Shown piece by piece: positions 1 through 7,575 of a stretch of 25,978 bases of DNA (within the stretch, counting starts at the first letter, position 1; each line of letters starts with the position of its first letter). The notes under the pieces were generated by a model that did not search any database, was not told where the DNA came from, and saw only the letters and a list, made by a program, of their open reading frames with translations. Both the position numbers and the translations under genes were made by a program. The DNA lies in the IMG/VR virus record IMGVR_UViG_3300029448_000371, positions 1 to 25,978 of that record; one strand, given 5' to 3'. Source of the stretch: a virus (lineage: Duplodnaviria > Caudoviricetes).

Positions 1-72
1 CGCAACCTTTTTATTTTTCTCGACAACATCTCCAACTTTTTTGATGTCAGTAAAAATCATAAGTAATTTCAT
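1..72 (-). CDS. 5' end of a gene running off the window (MKLLMIFTDIKKVGDVVEKNKKVA...), unknown product
   Basis: ATG at 72-70 overlaps the TAA of the upstream gene (TAATG). AAGGAGG RBS precedes it and the frame is open to position 1. Confidence 0.7.
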   Translation of the reverse strand, partial: MKLLMIFTDIKKVGDVVEKNKKVA

Positions 73-296
73 TATGCTACCTCCTTAAATTGTTGCATCA
101 TTTTACCAGCCTCTTGTACTAAGTTTTTGAATGGATTTGGTTTTTTTTTATTTCCAAACTCTCCCCAAAGCTGGTTATATTTTACCCAGCTGCTGCTCCA
201 GTAACCAAACATTTCAAACTTATATCTGGCTAAACTGTCGATAGCCTTGTCATAGGCTTCATTCATTTTTTGTTCTAAGATATCGTTTTTATCCAT
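72..296 (-). CDS. hypothetical phage protein (74 aa)
   Basis: ORF track; TAATG coupling with both neighbours. Confidence 0.75.
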   Translation of the reverse strand: MDKNDILEQKMNEAYDKAIDSLARYKFEMFGYWSSSWVKYNQLWGEFGNKKKPNPFKNLVQEAGKMMQQFKEVA

Positions 297-511
297 TATT
301 GCTTGACCTCACTTTCTTGCCAGGAGTTACCCCTAGCAATACTTTTTTCATTAGCCTTACCGATCAATCTGTATTGTTTGCCTGGCTGCGGTTTGTTGGG
401 ATCATAAACAGTATCTTTGACCAGTTCTGGCTTACCAGAATTACTGTCGTAGACATATTCTCTAACTCTAACGATAGGATCTGGCTTGATGTTATAGACA
501 ACTTTTTTCAT
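296..511 (-). CDS. hypothetical phage protein (71 aa)
   Basis: ORF track; TAATG coupling; AAGGGAG RBS-like sequence upstream. Confidence 0.75.
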   Translation of the reverse strand: MKKVVYNIKPDPIVRVREYVYDSNSGKPELVKDTVYDPNKPQPGKQYRLIGKANEKSIARGNSWQESEVKQ

Positions 512-756
512 TAGTTTACACTCCCTTTTATATTTGTAATGTTCCAGAATTTTTCTTTAAGAAGAATTGACTTCTTTGTTCTCTCAATATTTTTTCTAGC
601 TTCATCATGTGACCAAACTTTATAATAATCATTCCATTTATTCTCATTATGAAGTTGTGCTTGAAGCCAAAATAATCTTTCATAATCAAGTGAAAGATCT
701 TCCCATGCTTCTTTCTTTTCTTCTTTGGTAAAGCCAGACCAATCATAGTTTTTCAT
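511..756 (-). CDS. hypothetical phage protein (81 aa, start revised to MKNYDW)
   Basis: AAAGGAGTACAACATG gives a strong RBS before the ATG at 756. The ORF-track start at 792 lies inside an operator palindrome. Confidence 0.7.
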   Translation of the reverse strand: MKNYDWSGFTKEEKKEAWEDLSLDYERLFWLQAQLHNENKWNDYYKVWSHDEARKNIERTKKSILLKEKFWNITNIKGSVN

Positions 757-783
757 GTTGTACTCCTTTTGACCTTTCTGTTT

Positions 784-826
784 TATTAGCATCTATTGCT
801 AATATAATATCCTTTACTCACAATTC
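784..826 (-). promoter_or_regulatory. operator TAGCA-N5-TGCTA (787-801) just downstream of a probable leftward promoter
   Basis: TATTAGCA-TCTAT-TGCTAATA has perfect 8-bp arms. Sigma70-like hexamers (TTGAAT-16-TATATT) lie adjacent on the - strand. Confidence 0.65.
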
Positions 827-876
827 AAGTCTATTTATTAATTTTAATTGCTAATTGGCTGCGACATAGGCTACAC

Positions 877-899
877 AAACTTGACCAAAACTTGACCAA
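877..899. repeat. tandem 11-bp direct repeats (AAACTTGACCA x2), arm-type integrase site candidate
   Basis: AAACTTGACCAAAACTTGACCAA, identical to 1057-1079. Confidence 0.75.
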
Positions 900-941
900 G
901 CCTTAAAACAGCTCCAGAATTATTGTATATAGGGATTAATG

Positions 942-955
942 GAGGACTGAAAATC
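942..955 (+). other. putative attP core GAGGACTGAAAATC matching a tRNA-Phe(GAA) anticodon arm
   Basis: Contains the anticodon loop CTGAAAA. It shares GACTGAAAATC with the tRNA at 1181-1257 and lies between the two arm-type repeat pairs. Confidence 0.6.
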
Positions 956-1056
956 AGAACATAATAATAAAAGTCATTGATTATCAATACAAGTAGCTAC
1001 ACGCAAATAAATTTATTTTTTTAAAAAAGTATTGAAAAATATAGAACTGAAAAAAT

Positions 1057-1079
1057 AAACTTGACCAAAACTTGACCAA
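1057..1079. repeat. tandem 11-bp direct repeats (AAACTTGACCA x2), arm-type integrase site candidate
   Basis: Exact 23-bp copy of 877-899, 180 bp away, same orientation. Confidence 0.75.
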
Positions 1080-1137
1080 AAAAAAATTAACAAACAATTT
1101 AAAAAGCGATCAATAAAAAATATTTATTGTAAATTAA

Positions 1138-1166
1138 TTGACCATAGCAGATGTTGCTAAATTAAT
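1138..1166 (+). promoter_or_regulatory. operator TAGCA-GATGT-TGCTA (1145-1159) within a possible rightward promoter
   Basis: Perfect operator consensus preceded by TTGACC (1138-1143), with ATTAAT at 17-bp spacing. Confidence 0.5.
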
Positions 1167-1180
1167 CTAGTTAATCTGAA

Positions 1181-1257
1181 TGGTGGTCACACCTGGACTT
1201 GAACCAGGGACACCTAGATTTTCAGTCTAGTGCTCTACCGAGCTGAGCTATGTGACC
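1181..1257 (-). tRNA. tRNA-Phe (GAA) with encoded CCA
   Basis: Acceptor stem GGTCACA/TGTGACC, D arm GCTC-AGCTCGGTA-GAGC, anticodon arm CTAGA-CTGAAAA-TCTAG, T arm CCTGG-TTCAAGT-CCAGG, 3' ACCA. Confidence 0.97.
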
Positions 1258-1285
1258 ACAACTTTATCGACTGGAATTTTATATC

Positions 1286-1402
1286 TTATTTTTTTGAATT
1301 TATCTTGTGTAATTTTTTGCGGAGCTCACGCAGCTCATCCATTTTTGTAGCTAATCTTTTAACTAGCCATTTTATTATCTGATCTTTTGTAAAATCTGCC
1401 AT
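1286..1402 (-). CDS. small basic helical protein, 38 aa (MADFTKDQIIKWLVKRLATKMDELRELRKKLHKINSKK), not in the ORF track
   Basis: Hand translation. It fills the gap between the Zn-ribbon gene and the tRNA and has an amphipathic pattern. Confidence 0.5.
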   Translation of the reverse strand: MADFTKDQIIKWLVKRLATKMDELRELRKKLHKINSKK

Positions 1403-1553
1403 TATAACAACGAATACAATAGTGTTTTGGCTTGTTGTATCCTCCAATGGTTATCATATTGATTTCTAAATATTTTTTTTTGCAGTCTATACATTTATCG
1501 TATTTAATTCTGTATTTGATTGTTTGGCATCTATTTTTGTATCTTCTCTGCAC
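1359..1553 (-). CDS. small zinc-ribbon protein
   Basis: CIDC...CIRC cysteine pairs; start uncertain. Confidence 0.6.
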   Translation of the reverse strand: MQRRYKNRCQTIKYRIKYDKCIDCKKKYLEINMITIGGYNKPKHYCIRCYNGRFYKRSDNKMAS

Positions 1554-1917
1554 TACAGCACAGCTCCTGGAGACTCTTTAAATAATTTACCCAATCAACA
1601 ACTCTGGTAATTTTCCAATGAGATGAAACATAAGGAGAAAATTTTTTTATTCTAAAATTAATAATTTTATCTGATTTATCTGTGTTGTATAAAACGACAT
1701 ATCCAGGAACTTCTAATCTATTTGCAATATACTGGCACAAGGTAAAAGATTTGTATGTCTGTCCAACATCTTTTGCAGTCTCTATGATTGCCAAAGGCTT
1801 ATAGCATTTGATACAACACTCAACGCTATCAACATCAATATAGGCGATGCCATCATACTGCCTATGCCATTTTGAATAAATGTCCTGGGGTAAATCACTA
1901 TACCATTCTCTACTCAA
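1531..1917 (-). CDS. hypothetical protein, possible PD-(D/E)XK/restriction-endonuclease-like fold
   Basis: YIDVDSVE...LAIIETAK and VPGYVVLY pattern. Confidence 0.6.
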   Translation of the reverse strand: MSREWYSDLPQDIYSKWHRQYDGIAYIDVDSVECCIKCYKPLAIIETAKDVGQTYKSFTLCQYIANRLEVPGYVVLYNTDKSDKIINFRIKKFSPYVSSHWKITRVVDWVNYLKSLQELCCSAEKIQK

Positions 1918-2312
1918 TTTTCGTCTGGTGGTGGATCATCTACTTCTGGAATTATGTCATCACCAGTAAAAGTTGGAGCATCTTCTGTAAACATTGGATG
2001 CTTGACAGTTTCTTTAAGGATATCTAATTCATCAGCTCTAAGAGCTCCAGCGATAGCTACATAACTTGTTGCATCAACAAAATTATCTTCATTGTAAACC
2101 ATTCCATTTTTTACCCTGGATAATTTTACAAGAGCTAACATTGCTGCAACCTGGCTAGGCTTAATTGCAATTGATAAATACGATGACCAGAAAGCTGCTA
2201 TCGTTCTATGATTTTCTGCTACATCACCATGAGTTTTATGTCTATCGTTAAGACAAATATCTTTGGCAGTATTGGTAAGTTTTAAAATGTGATCGTATAT
2301 TTTTTTATTCAT
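1914..2312 (-). CDS. DUF6378-like phage protein (start revised to MNKK)
   Basis: RHKTHGD..ENH..IA.FWS.YL, MLALVKLSR and DNFVDATSY motifs; ATGA overlap with the upstream gene. Confidence 0.8.
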   Translation of the reverse strand: MNKKIYDHILKLTNTAKDICLNDRHKTHGDVAENHRTIAAFWSSYLSIAIKPSQVAAMLALVKLSRVKNGMVYNEDNFVDATSYVAIAGALRADELDILKETVKHPMFTEDAPTFTGDDIIPEVDDPPPDEN

Positions 2313-2512
2313 AACAATCCTTTTTTTATCATCCACTCCTGGAGCTTCTGCTCTGATATTTTCCAACGACCAAGAACTTTGACAGCTGGTAAATTGTCTT
2401 TGGTCCTTAAATATTTTAACCTCTGGTTAGCATGACTGGGATTGCAAGTTTTACCAGATATAACCTGGATAACCTCAACACATCCCAGTAACCGAATATT
2501 ATTCAAAGTCAT
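2309..2512 (-). CDS. excisionase-like (HTH_17/Xis) DNA-binding protein (start revised to MTLNN)
   Basis: LPAVKVLGRWKISEQKLQEWM matches the Xis winged-helix C-terminal motif. Confidence 0.7.
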   Translation of the reverse strand: MTLNNIRLLGCVEVIQVISGKTCNPSHANQRLKYLRTKDNLPAVKVLGRWKISEQKLQEWMIKKGLL

Positions 2513-2759
2513 CAGTAACGCTGCTTCCACCGCCAGTATATGGCTGCCAGGGTTGTATTTGAATACTGACACTTGCATTACCAGCTTTTGTTGTTCCACT
2601 CCATCCAGTAAGTTCGTAGGTTTCACCAGCTTTTAAAACAATATCTTCTAATGGTGTAAATCCTTTACTGTGTGATTTTATTAATGGTTTTTTGGGGAAG
2701 CTGCTCATGGCTTCCTTTAGCTCGTCACTTGGAAACAAATTTAAATATTGTTTACTCAT
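2499..2759 (-). CDS. hypothetical protein, possibly ssDNA-binding
   Basis: Beta-rich with a Gly linker and acidic tail (DDFE); follows the annealing-protein gene. Confidence 0.6.
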   Translation of the reverse strand: MSKQYLNLFPSDELKEAMSSFPKKPLIKSHSKGFTPLEDIVLKAGETYELTGWSGTTKAGNASVSIQIQPWQPYTGGGSSVTDDFE

Positions 2760-3465
2760 GGTTTACTTTTCCTTTTCTAAATGCTGTAATTTCTTGCAGC
2801 TGTTTTCTGATGGCATTATCAACATGACCATACTGTTTTGGATTTAGTAATTTTATCCAATCATTGTACTTGGTCATAAATTCATTGATCTTACCTGGAT
2901 TTTTAATGGACTTAACTTCAGCAGCAAAAAAATTATATTTTTCTTTGCCAGTAAAATTTTCCCATTCAGGTGTAGGAAGCTCCTTTGCAGTATGCGGAGG
3001 AGACTCTGTTTTGATTGGAGCTTCCAAATCACCTTCCTTGCGGTTAGCTGTAATAATTTCATCTTTCGATGCATATTGTTCGCCACCACCAAGATTTAAA
3101 GCAGCAAGAGCTCTACCGATAGCACTTGTCTCGCAATTTTCTATGTATGAAGTCATATTGACCATGCTGCCGCTATGTCTAAACTCTTCAGCAATGCCAG
3201 TAGCCATTGTTTTGCCATCTATAATTATGGCAGCCTTAATGACAACAACTTGGGTATTAATTTTTTTACCTTTGCTTTCTATTTCCATTGGCTCATTACT
3301 TACAATGGTAGTTTCAATTTGAGCATCTGGGAAAAATTTTCTAAATGATTGTAAGCGATGGATAACTTCAACATATTTTTTTCCAGCTCTTTGTTTAACT
3401 GCTAGATCTTTAACTTTGCCATTTAGATCTTTGACAGCTGCTTCTAATTTTTGAGCTGTATTCAT
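2752..3465 (-). CDS. putative ssDNA-annealing recombinase (Rad52/Sak-like; start revised to MNTAQ)
   Basis: KYVEVIHRLQSFR, ATGIAEE and ENCETSAIGRAL motifs; near the nuclease gene; ATGA overlap. Confidence 0.65.
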   Translation of the reverse strand: MNTAQKLEAAVKDLNGKVKDLAVKQRAGKKYVEVIHRLQSFRKFFPDAQIETTIVSNEPMEIESKGKKINTQVVVIKAAIIIDGKTMATGIAEEFRHSGSMVNMTSYIENCETSAIGRALAALNLGGGEQYASKDEIITANRKEGDLEAPIKTESPPHTAKELPTPEWENFTGKEKYNFFAAEVKSIKNPGKINEFMTKYNDWIKLLNPKQYGHVDNAIRKQLQEITAFRKGKVNHE

Positions 3466-3653
3466 GTGATACACAACCATATTAATTTAATTTCTTTTGC
3501 TGTTAATTTTTGTTGCAACCTATCCTGGCACTCTTGTTTAAATTTTTTTTCCCTGGCTTTTCTTATATCTTTTGCGATTTTGACATAAGGAAAATCATAA
3601 ATATTTTTTGGCTGCTCTATGTAATTATTAATTTTTAAAATTTTAGCTCCCAT
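3462..3653 (-). CDS. hypothetical protein (63 aa)
   Basis: ORF track; overlaps both neighbours in operon style. Confidence 0.6.
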   Translation of the reverse strand: MGAKILKINNYIEQPKNIYDFPYVKIAKDIRKAREKKFKQECQDRLQQKLTAKEIKLIWLCIT

Positions 3654-4530
3654 AATAAAACTCCTTTACTTCTTTAAGCTCCTCCTCTGTGTAAGAATAA
3701 AAATTAATATCTTTCCAATTTGGTGTGATAATTTTTTTTATATCGTTTACATCATCAGAAATTTTAATTAGATTTTGCCTGGCTAAAGCCTCATGCTTTA
3801 ACTGCAAATTGTTTTCATAATGAGCATCGTTAGTTAGCTCATCACAATTCTCACCATTCAATATGCTGTAATCAGATGCACTAGCGTAAACTATTACGCC
3901 AGGCTTTTGGTTTGTTGCTATATTGTAAAATGAAACTTGTTTTGCATGGTTCATTTCAAATTGACCAATGCTTGTTGGACACTTTACTGCTTGATAATAA
4001 TACTCATCTTTTTTTGGTCTTTTTTTTCTCTTGGACCATTTACTTTTGAACTCGATATAAAAAGGCTCAACCTCTAAATCTATTTTTCCAAAAGTTACGA
4101 CATGAACTCCATCGTAATAAAATTCAACATTTCTTTCACAGTTAATATCTTTGTATTTTTTAATTTCTAAATCTTTTAAAGCCTGGATACCATTAAGGAC
4201 AGTATCTGGCATATCATCTAAACATTTTTCCCAATTTTCTATTTGGACATCATTACCTAGAAAATATTTTCTCTTTTTTTTGTAATCATTTATGGCAGCC
4301 TTAACTGCAACTTCTTCATGTTTGTTTTCAAGAGCATAAGCCTGGTATCCGACTGCAAAAGAATTACCAGCTAACAAAGAAGCTGTTGGAGCTTTTCTTT
4401 TTCTCCAATCTTGATCTTTAACAACATATTCATAAAACCAAGAGCTCATGGATTTATTTAACTGCGATGGGGAAAAATGAGTTAGACCATGAGCCTGGTA
4501 ATAAGAAGGTATTAGCGATATTCGTTCCAT
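3643..4530 (-). CDS. PD-(D/E)XK exonuclease (RecB/Cas4-like phage nuclease)
   Basis: HFSPSQL, E..., FGKIDL, IEFKS and QVSFY motifs. Start taken at ATG 4530 because the TTG at 4548 lies in the operator. Confidence 0.8.
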   Translation of the reverse strand: MERISLIPSYYQAHGLTHFSPSQLNKSMSSWFYEYVVKDQDWRKRKAPTASLLAGNSFAVGYQAYALENKHEEVAVKAAINDYKKKRKYFLGNDVQIENWEKCLDDMPDTVLNGIQALKDLEIKKYKDINCERNVEFYYDGVHVVTFGKIDLEVEPFYIEFKSKWSKRKKRPKKDEYYYQAVKCPTSIGQFEMNHAKQVSFYNIATNQKPGVIVYASASDYSILNGENCDELTNDAHYENNLQLKHEALARQNLIKISDDVNDIKKIITPNWKDINFYSYTEEELKEVKEFYYGS

Positions 4531-4538
4531 TACTATGG

Positions 4539-4566
4539 AAACTAGCAATATATGCTAACTTGTCAA
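4539..4566 (-). promoter_or_regulatory. PL-like early leftward promoter with operator TAGCA-N5-TGCTA (4543-4557)
   Basis: TTGACA (4566-4561), 16 bp, then TAGTTT preceded by TG (extended -10), with a perfect operator in the spacer. Confidence 0.7.
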
Positions 4567-4595
4567 ATTATATTGTGATTAAATGCTAATAGTTT

Positions 4596-4619
4596 TGCAT
4601 ACACTTGCACTTGTATGCA
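4596..4619. other. hairpin right after the repressor stop codon (possible terminator or 3' stabiliser)
   Basis: TGCATACA-8nt-TGTATGCA; no clear U-tract. Confidence 0.35.
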
Positions 4620-5273
4620 TTAAAATATTCCATGATAAGAATAGTTAGTTGCAATTTTAACAATCGCAACCGCTTTTATTTTTATGTTTCTAATAGGAGC
4701 TGTTGATCCAATTGGCATTACAGTAGCTCTATTTTCTTCAGTTGGATTTTTTAATGTCATGCCACAAATTAAATTTTCTGCTTCTGTTAATACTAAACAA
4801 AAACGATTATCAAAATGTTTTTCAAGCTCATTTTTTTCAATGTATTTTCCATCAAAAATTAAAATATCATAATCAGCAGTTGCTGGATTTGCATCTCTTT
4901 GTATTCTTGGCATAAGATAAGATCTTAAACAAATATAACCTGGTGAAATTGGGAATTTACACATTATTTTTGGTCTTTCTGCTTTAAATAAAGTTACATT
5001 TTCCATTGGAAACATCTCACCAATACATTCTATTTCTAATGGTGGAAATAAAATTTCTTGTGGAGTTAAATTAAATTCTGGAATTGATGATAATTTTTTT
5101 GACAGATCCATAGTCACATCGGCTTTACCATTTAAAACTTTATTTAAATGAATTTTATTTATGCCAATCTTATCTGCGACTTCTTCCTGGGTGTAATCCA
5201 GGTGCTCTATTAAAGATTTTAAATGTTTATTTATTTGGTTATCCACTCTACTGCGTTCCGTATGATTAATCAT
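4620..5273 (-). CDS. cI-like repressor (N-terminal XRE HTH)
   Basis: YTQEEVADKIGINKIHLNKVLNGKADVT HTH; divergent from a small cro-like gene. Confidence 0.85.
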   Translation of the reverse strand: MINHTERSRVDNQINKHLKSLIEHLDYTQEEVADKIGINKIHLNKVLNGKADVTMDLSKKLSSIPEFNLTPQEILFPPLEIECIGEMFPMENVTLFKAERPKIMCKFPISPGYICLRSYLMPRIQRDANPATADYDILIFDGKYIEKNELEKHFDNRFCLVLTEAENLICGMTLKNPTEENRATVMPIGSTAPIRNIKIKAVAIVKIATNYSYHGIF

Positions 5274-5281
5274 AATGGTTA

Positions 5282-5370
5282 TAGAATTTAATGCTATTGT
5301 CTATAAATGCAAGTAAATTAATTTAAAAAACTAATTTTTTTTGACAGTTAGCATTAAAAGTGTAGATATT
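5282..5370. promoter_or_regulatory. immunity-switch intergenic region: operator 5282-5296 (one mismatch), TTGACA 5341-5346 and half-operator 5349-5358
   Basis: TAGCATTAAA occurs inverted at 5287-5296 and 5349-5358; TTGACA-18-GATATT precedes cro. Confidence 0.65.
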
Positions 5371-5376
5371 ATAGCT

Positions 5377-5574
5377 ATGAAATTGGAAACTTTTAGGGTT
5401 CAAAACAACCTAACTTATGGAAAACTCGCTATTTTCTTGGGTTTTGGTGAAAAATCAAATGCAGCCAGACTTGTCCACCGATGGTGCAAGGGGGAAACAT
5501 TACCAACCAGGAATAATATAAAACAAATCAAATCAAGAACACTTGACAAGGTTTCAGCCAATGATTTCTTCTAA
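5377..5574 (+). CDS. Cro-like HTH regulator (start revised to MKLETF)
   Basis: LTYGKLAIFLG...VHRWCKGETLP...DKVSANDFF is a typical Cro-like pattern. The ORF-track TTG start is the -35 hexamer. Confidence 0.85.
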   Translation: MKLETFRVQNNLTYGKLAIFLGFGEKSNAARLVHRWCKGETLPTRNNIKQIKSRTLDKVSANDFF

Positions 5575-5884
5575 ATCAAATCCAAGATTTGGAATATTTT
5601 ACTGGGAAGATCCGATGGAAGATACTGTCGGATGGAAAGAATTAAAAGACTCATCTATCAGCTTAGCTCCAGCTTTTTCAACTGGCTGGATTATTGAAGA
5701 GCATCGCACTTATTGGGTGGTGGCAGCTGATCTCATAGTTTTAAAGGGGGAGATTACAGATACTGGCAGAAGGCAAAGTATTTATAAATCGTCTTTTACA
5801 AAGTTTAAGGAAATAAAATTTAATATTTATGATCCACAAATGGAAACTACTAAAACTTGTCAATGCGGAAAGAGGATTAAATGA
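5561..5884 (+). CDS. conserved-type phage hypothetical protein
   Basis: YWEDP...GW...STGWIIEE pattern; ATG 5561 overlaps the end of cro. Confidence 0.7.
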   Translation: MISSKSNPRFGIFYWEDPMEDTVGWKELKDSSISLAPAFSTGWIIEEHRTYWVVAADLIVLKGEITDTGRRQSIYKSSFTKFKEIKFNIYDPQMETTKTCQCGKRIK

Positions 5885-6470
5885 TGCTGCGAGAAGAGTT
5901 ATGTTTTATTTATTAGATAGAGAAAATAATAAAACACGAGCACTTTTTCCGTCACATCAACGACTCGCAGAGGACACTAACTTATCCCTAAGAAGCGTAT
6001 CCAGGGGGATAACATCACTCGTCACATTTGGCTACCTTAGAATTAAAAAAAAAGGTTATCCAGGAAGAGCTACTGATTATGAGATCATTTACAAAGATCA
6101 ACACACGCCACAATTGACAAGAACACACGCCACAATTGACCAAAATAACACGCCAGATATGACACACCAATTAACTAATATAATTAAACATAATGAATTA
6201 ACTAAGAAAGAAAATATGAACCAGGATGTAAAAAATATAATTAATAAGTTTACTAAGAATTTAAATATTAATTACAGAGCTGTTAGCCAGGATAAAAAAC
6301 TAGCTTACAACTCACCAGAGGCTATTAGAAGAAGGTATATGAAAAAAACAGAGAGCATGGAAAAGACACAAGATTGGTACAGTAGATATCTTAATCCAGA
6401 GACAAGTAAACAAGCATGGGAGGAAGCAGTTTTTTTGGGGATCGTAAAATCTTATGCTAAGAAAGGTTAA
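5829..6470 (+). CDS. HTH (HTH_36-like) replication initiator, lambda O analogue
   Basis: LFPSHQRLAEDTNLSLRSVSRGITSLVTFGYL; internal iterons. Confidence 0.75.
   Translation: MIHKWKLLKLVNAERGLNDAARRVMFYLLDRENNKTRALFPSHQRLAEDTNLSLRSVSRGITSLVTFGYLRIKKKGYPGRATDYEIIYKDQHTPQLTRTHATIDQNNTPDMTHQLTNIIKHNELTKKENMNQDVKNIINKFTKNLNINYRAVSQDKKLAYNSPEAIRRRYMKKTESMEKTQDWYSRYLNPETSKQAWEEAVFLGIVKSYAKKG
6100..6163. repeat. iterons, putative replication origin
   Basis: AACACACGCCACAATTGAC at 6100 and 6122 (22-bp period), a degenerate third copy ACACGCCAGATATGAC at 6148, then an AT-rich tract. Confidence 0.75.
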
Positions 6471-6882
6471 TCTTACTGTGTTAGATCAGTTTTTTAGTGA
6501 GGCAGCTCGTACTGATAGACGATTACCTGGTGTTATAAAAAATCAAAAGATGTCTAGTTGGGTAGATTATCACAAGCTGGATTGGTTAGATAAAGGCTAT
6601 AATACTCGTAAAATAGTCATCAGACCGACTCCCAGACAGATAACCAGGTGGTGGTTTAGCCAGATAATATTACTAGAGTTTGTAGAGTCTAATGAAATAA
6701 GAAAACTTATTTGGTTAAGAGCTAAGAGATATCCCTGGACTCACATTGGAAGAGCTCTTGGCATGGACCGAAGAAAAGTTAAAAACAAATATGAAGAGGA
6801 ACTAATTTATTTATCTTTGCTGTTAGAAACAAACAGAAGAGATAAAAAGATAGTAGACATAATTGACAAGATACTATACTAA
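6454..6882 (+). CDS. putative late-gene regulator (DUF6362-like C-terminal HTH)
   Basis: RPTPRQITR...RKLIWLRAKRYPWTHIGRALGMDR; occupies the Q position before the packaging genes. Confidence 0.65.
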   Translation: MLRKVNLTVLDQFFSEAARTDRRLPGVIKNQKMSSWVDYHKLDWLDKGYNTRKIVIRPTPRQITRWWFSQIILLEFVESNEIRKLIWLRAKRYPWTHIGRALGMDRRKVKNKYEEELIYLSLLLETNRRDKKIVDIIDKILY

Positions 6883-6905
6883 ATTAGATACACTACCGAA
6901 TATCT

Positions 6906-7142
6906 ATGGTAGGTAGACCATCCAAAAAAATATTCTGCCAGGCTTCTCGTAAATACGATGGTAATCAATGTAGAGCAAAAGGCATCTTAAAAAAAAATGG
7001 TCGGTATCTATGCAGATTGCATGGCGGATTATCGGATGGTCAAAAAACATTAGAAGGCAAAATCAAAGCCAGGATGAACTTAAAACAATATAAAGATAAA
7101 TCGTATGAAGAAATCAGAGAAAGTATTATTAGAACTCATTGA
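6906..7142 (+). CDS. HGGxSTG-domain protein
   Basis: CQA...QCR...NGRYLCRLHGGLSDGQKTLEGK. Confidence 0.8.
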   Translation: MVGRPSKKIFCQASRKYDGNQCRAKGILKKNGRYLCRLHGGLSDGQKTLEGKIKARMNLKQYKDKSYEEIRESIIRTH

Positions 7143-7575
7143 TCGACTGGAGCTCGGTAATACATTGACATCAATTTGTAAATCAAATGAAATGCCAGGA
7201 CTATCGACAGTCAATGCCTGGTGTAAAAATGATAACAAGATTAAAGAGAGAATACTTGATGCCAGGCGTATGGGAGCAATGACCTGGTTAGATAAGATGC
7301 AAGATCTCTTAGATACTGAAGTAGAGCCTAGCCAGGTGCAATGGAATAGAGAACGATTACATCATGCCAGGTGGGTAGCTAGTAAACTTGTTAGTGTATT
7401 TGGTGATAAGCAGACTGTAGTTAATGAAGGAGATAATGTCATTACTGTAGTTTGGAAGGATGAAGAAGCTGCTAATGATCCCAGTACGATAGGCAAACAA
7501 GCAGCTCTCGCGCACACATCAAGAGGTTCGAAACCTAAAATTGACCAGAAGATTGACCAATCTGACATAAACTAA
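7105..7575 (+). CDS. terS: terminase small subunit (Sf6-type)
   Basis: GNTLTSICKSNEMPGLSTVNAW HTH and RWVASKL...FGDK; upstream of TerL. Confidence 0.8.
   Translation: MKKSEKVLLELIDRLELGNTLTSICKSNEMPGLSTVNAWCKNDNKIKERILDARRMGAMTWLDKMQDLLDTEVEPSQVQWNRERLHHARWVASKLVSVFGDKQTVVNEGDNVITVVWKDEEAANDPSTIGKQAALAHTSRGSKPKIDQKIDQSDIN

Noticed and set aside
1046-1053. Second ACTGAAAA copy as another att core
   Set aside because: Only 8 bp in an A-rich tract; likely chance.
877-1080. Repeat pairs as a CRISPR mini-array
   Set aside because: Only two 23-bp units 180 bp apart, each an internal tandem, with no spacer periodicity and no cas operon.
1181-1257. tRNA as a host gene marking a prophage boundary
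   Set aside because: Phage-like genes and the same operator motif occur on both sides, and it is co-oriented with the phage early operon.
2864-3322. 152-aa + strand ORF, and similar shadow or alternate-frame ORFs at 299, 528, 2442, 2874, 4684, 7362, 8202, 8224, 10099, 12511, 16300, 17319, 17455, 20022, 20053, 21371, 21757, 25003 and 25719
   Set aside because: They overlap well-supported genes or the capsid leader, with shadow-like composition and no convincing promoter or RBS noticed.
3643-4530. Nuclease as CRISPR Cas4
   Set aside because: No Fe-S cysteine pattern or cas context; it sits in a recombination module.
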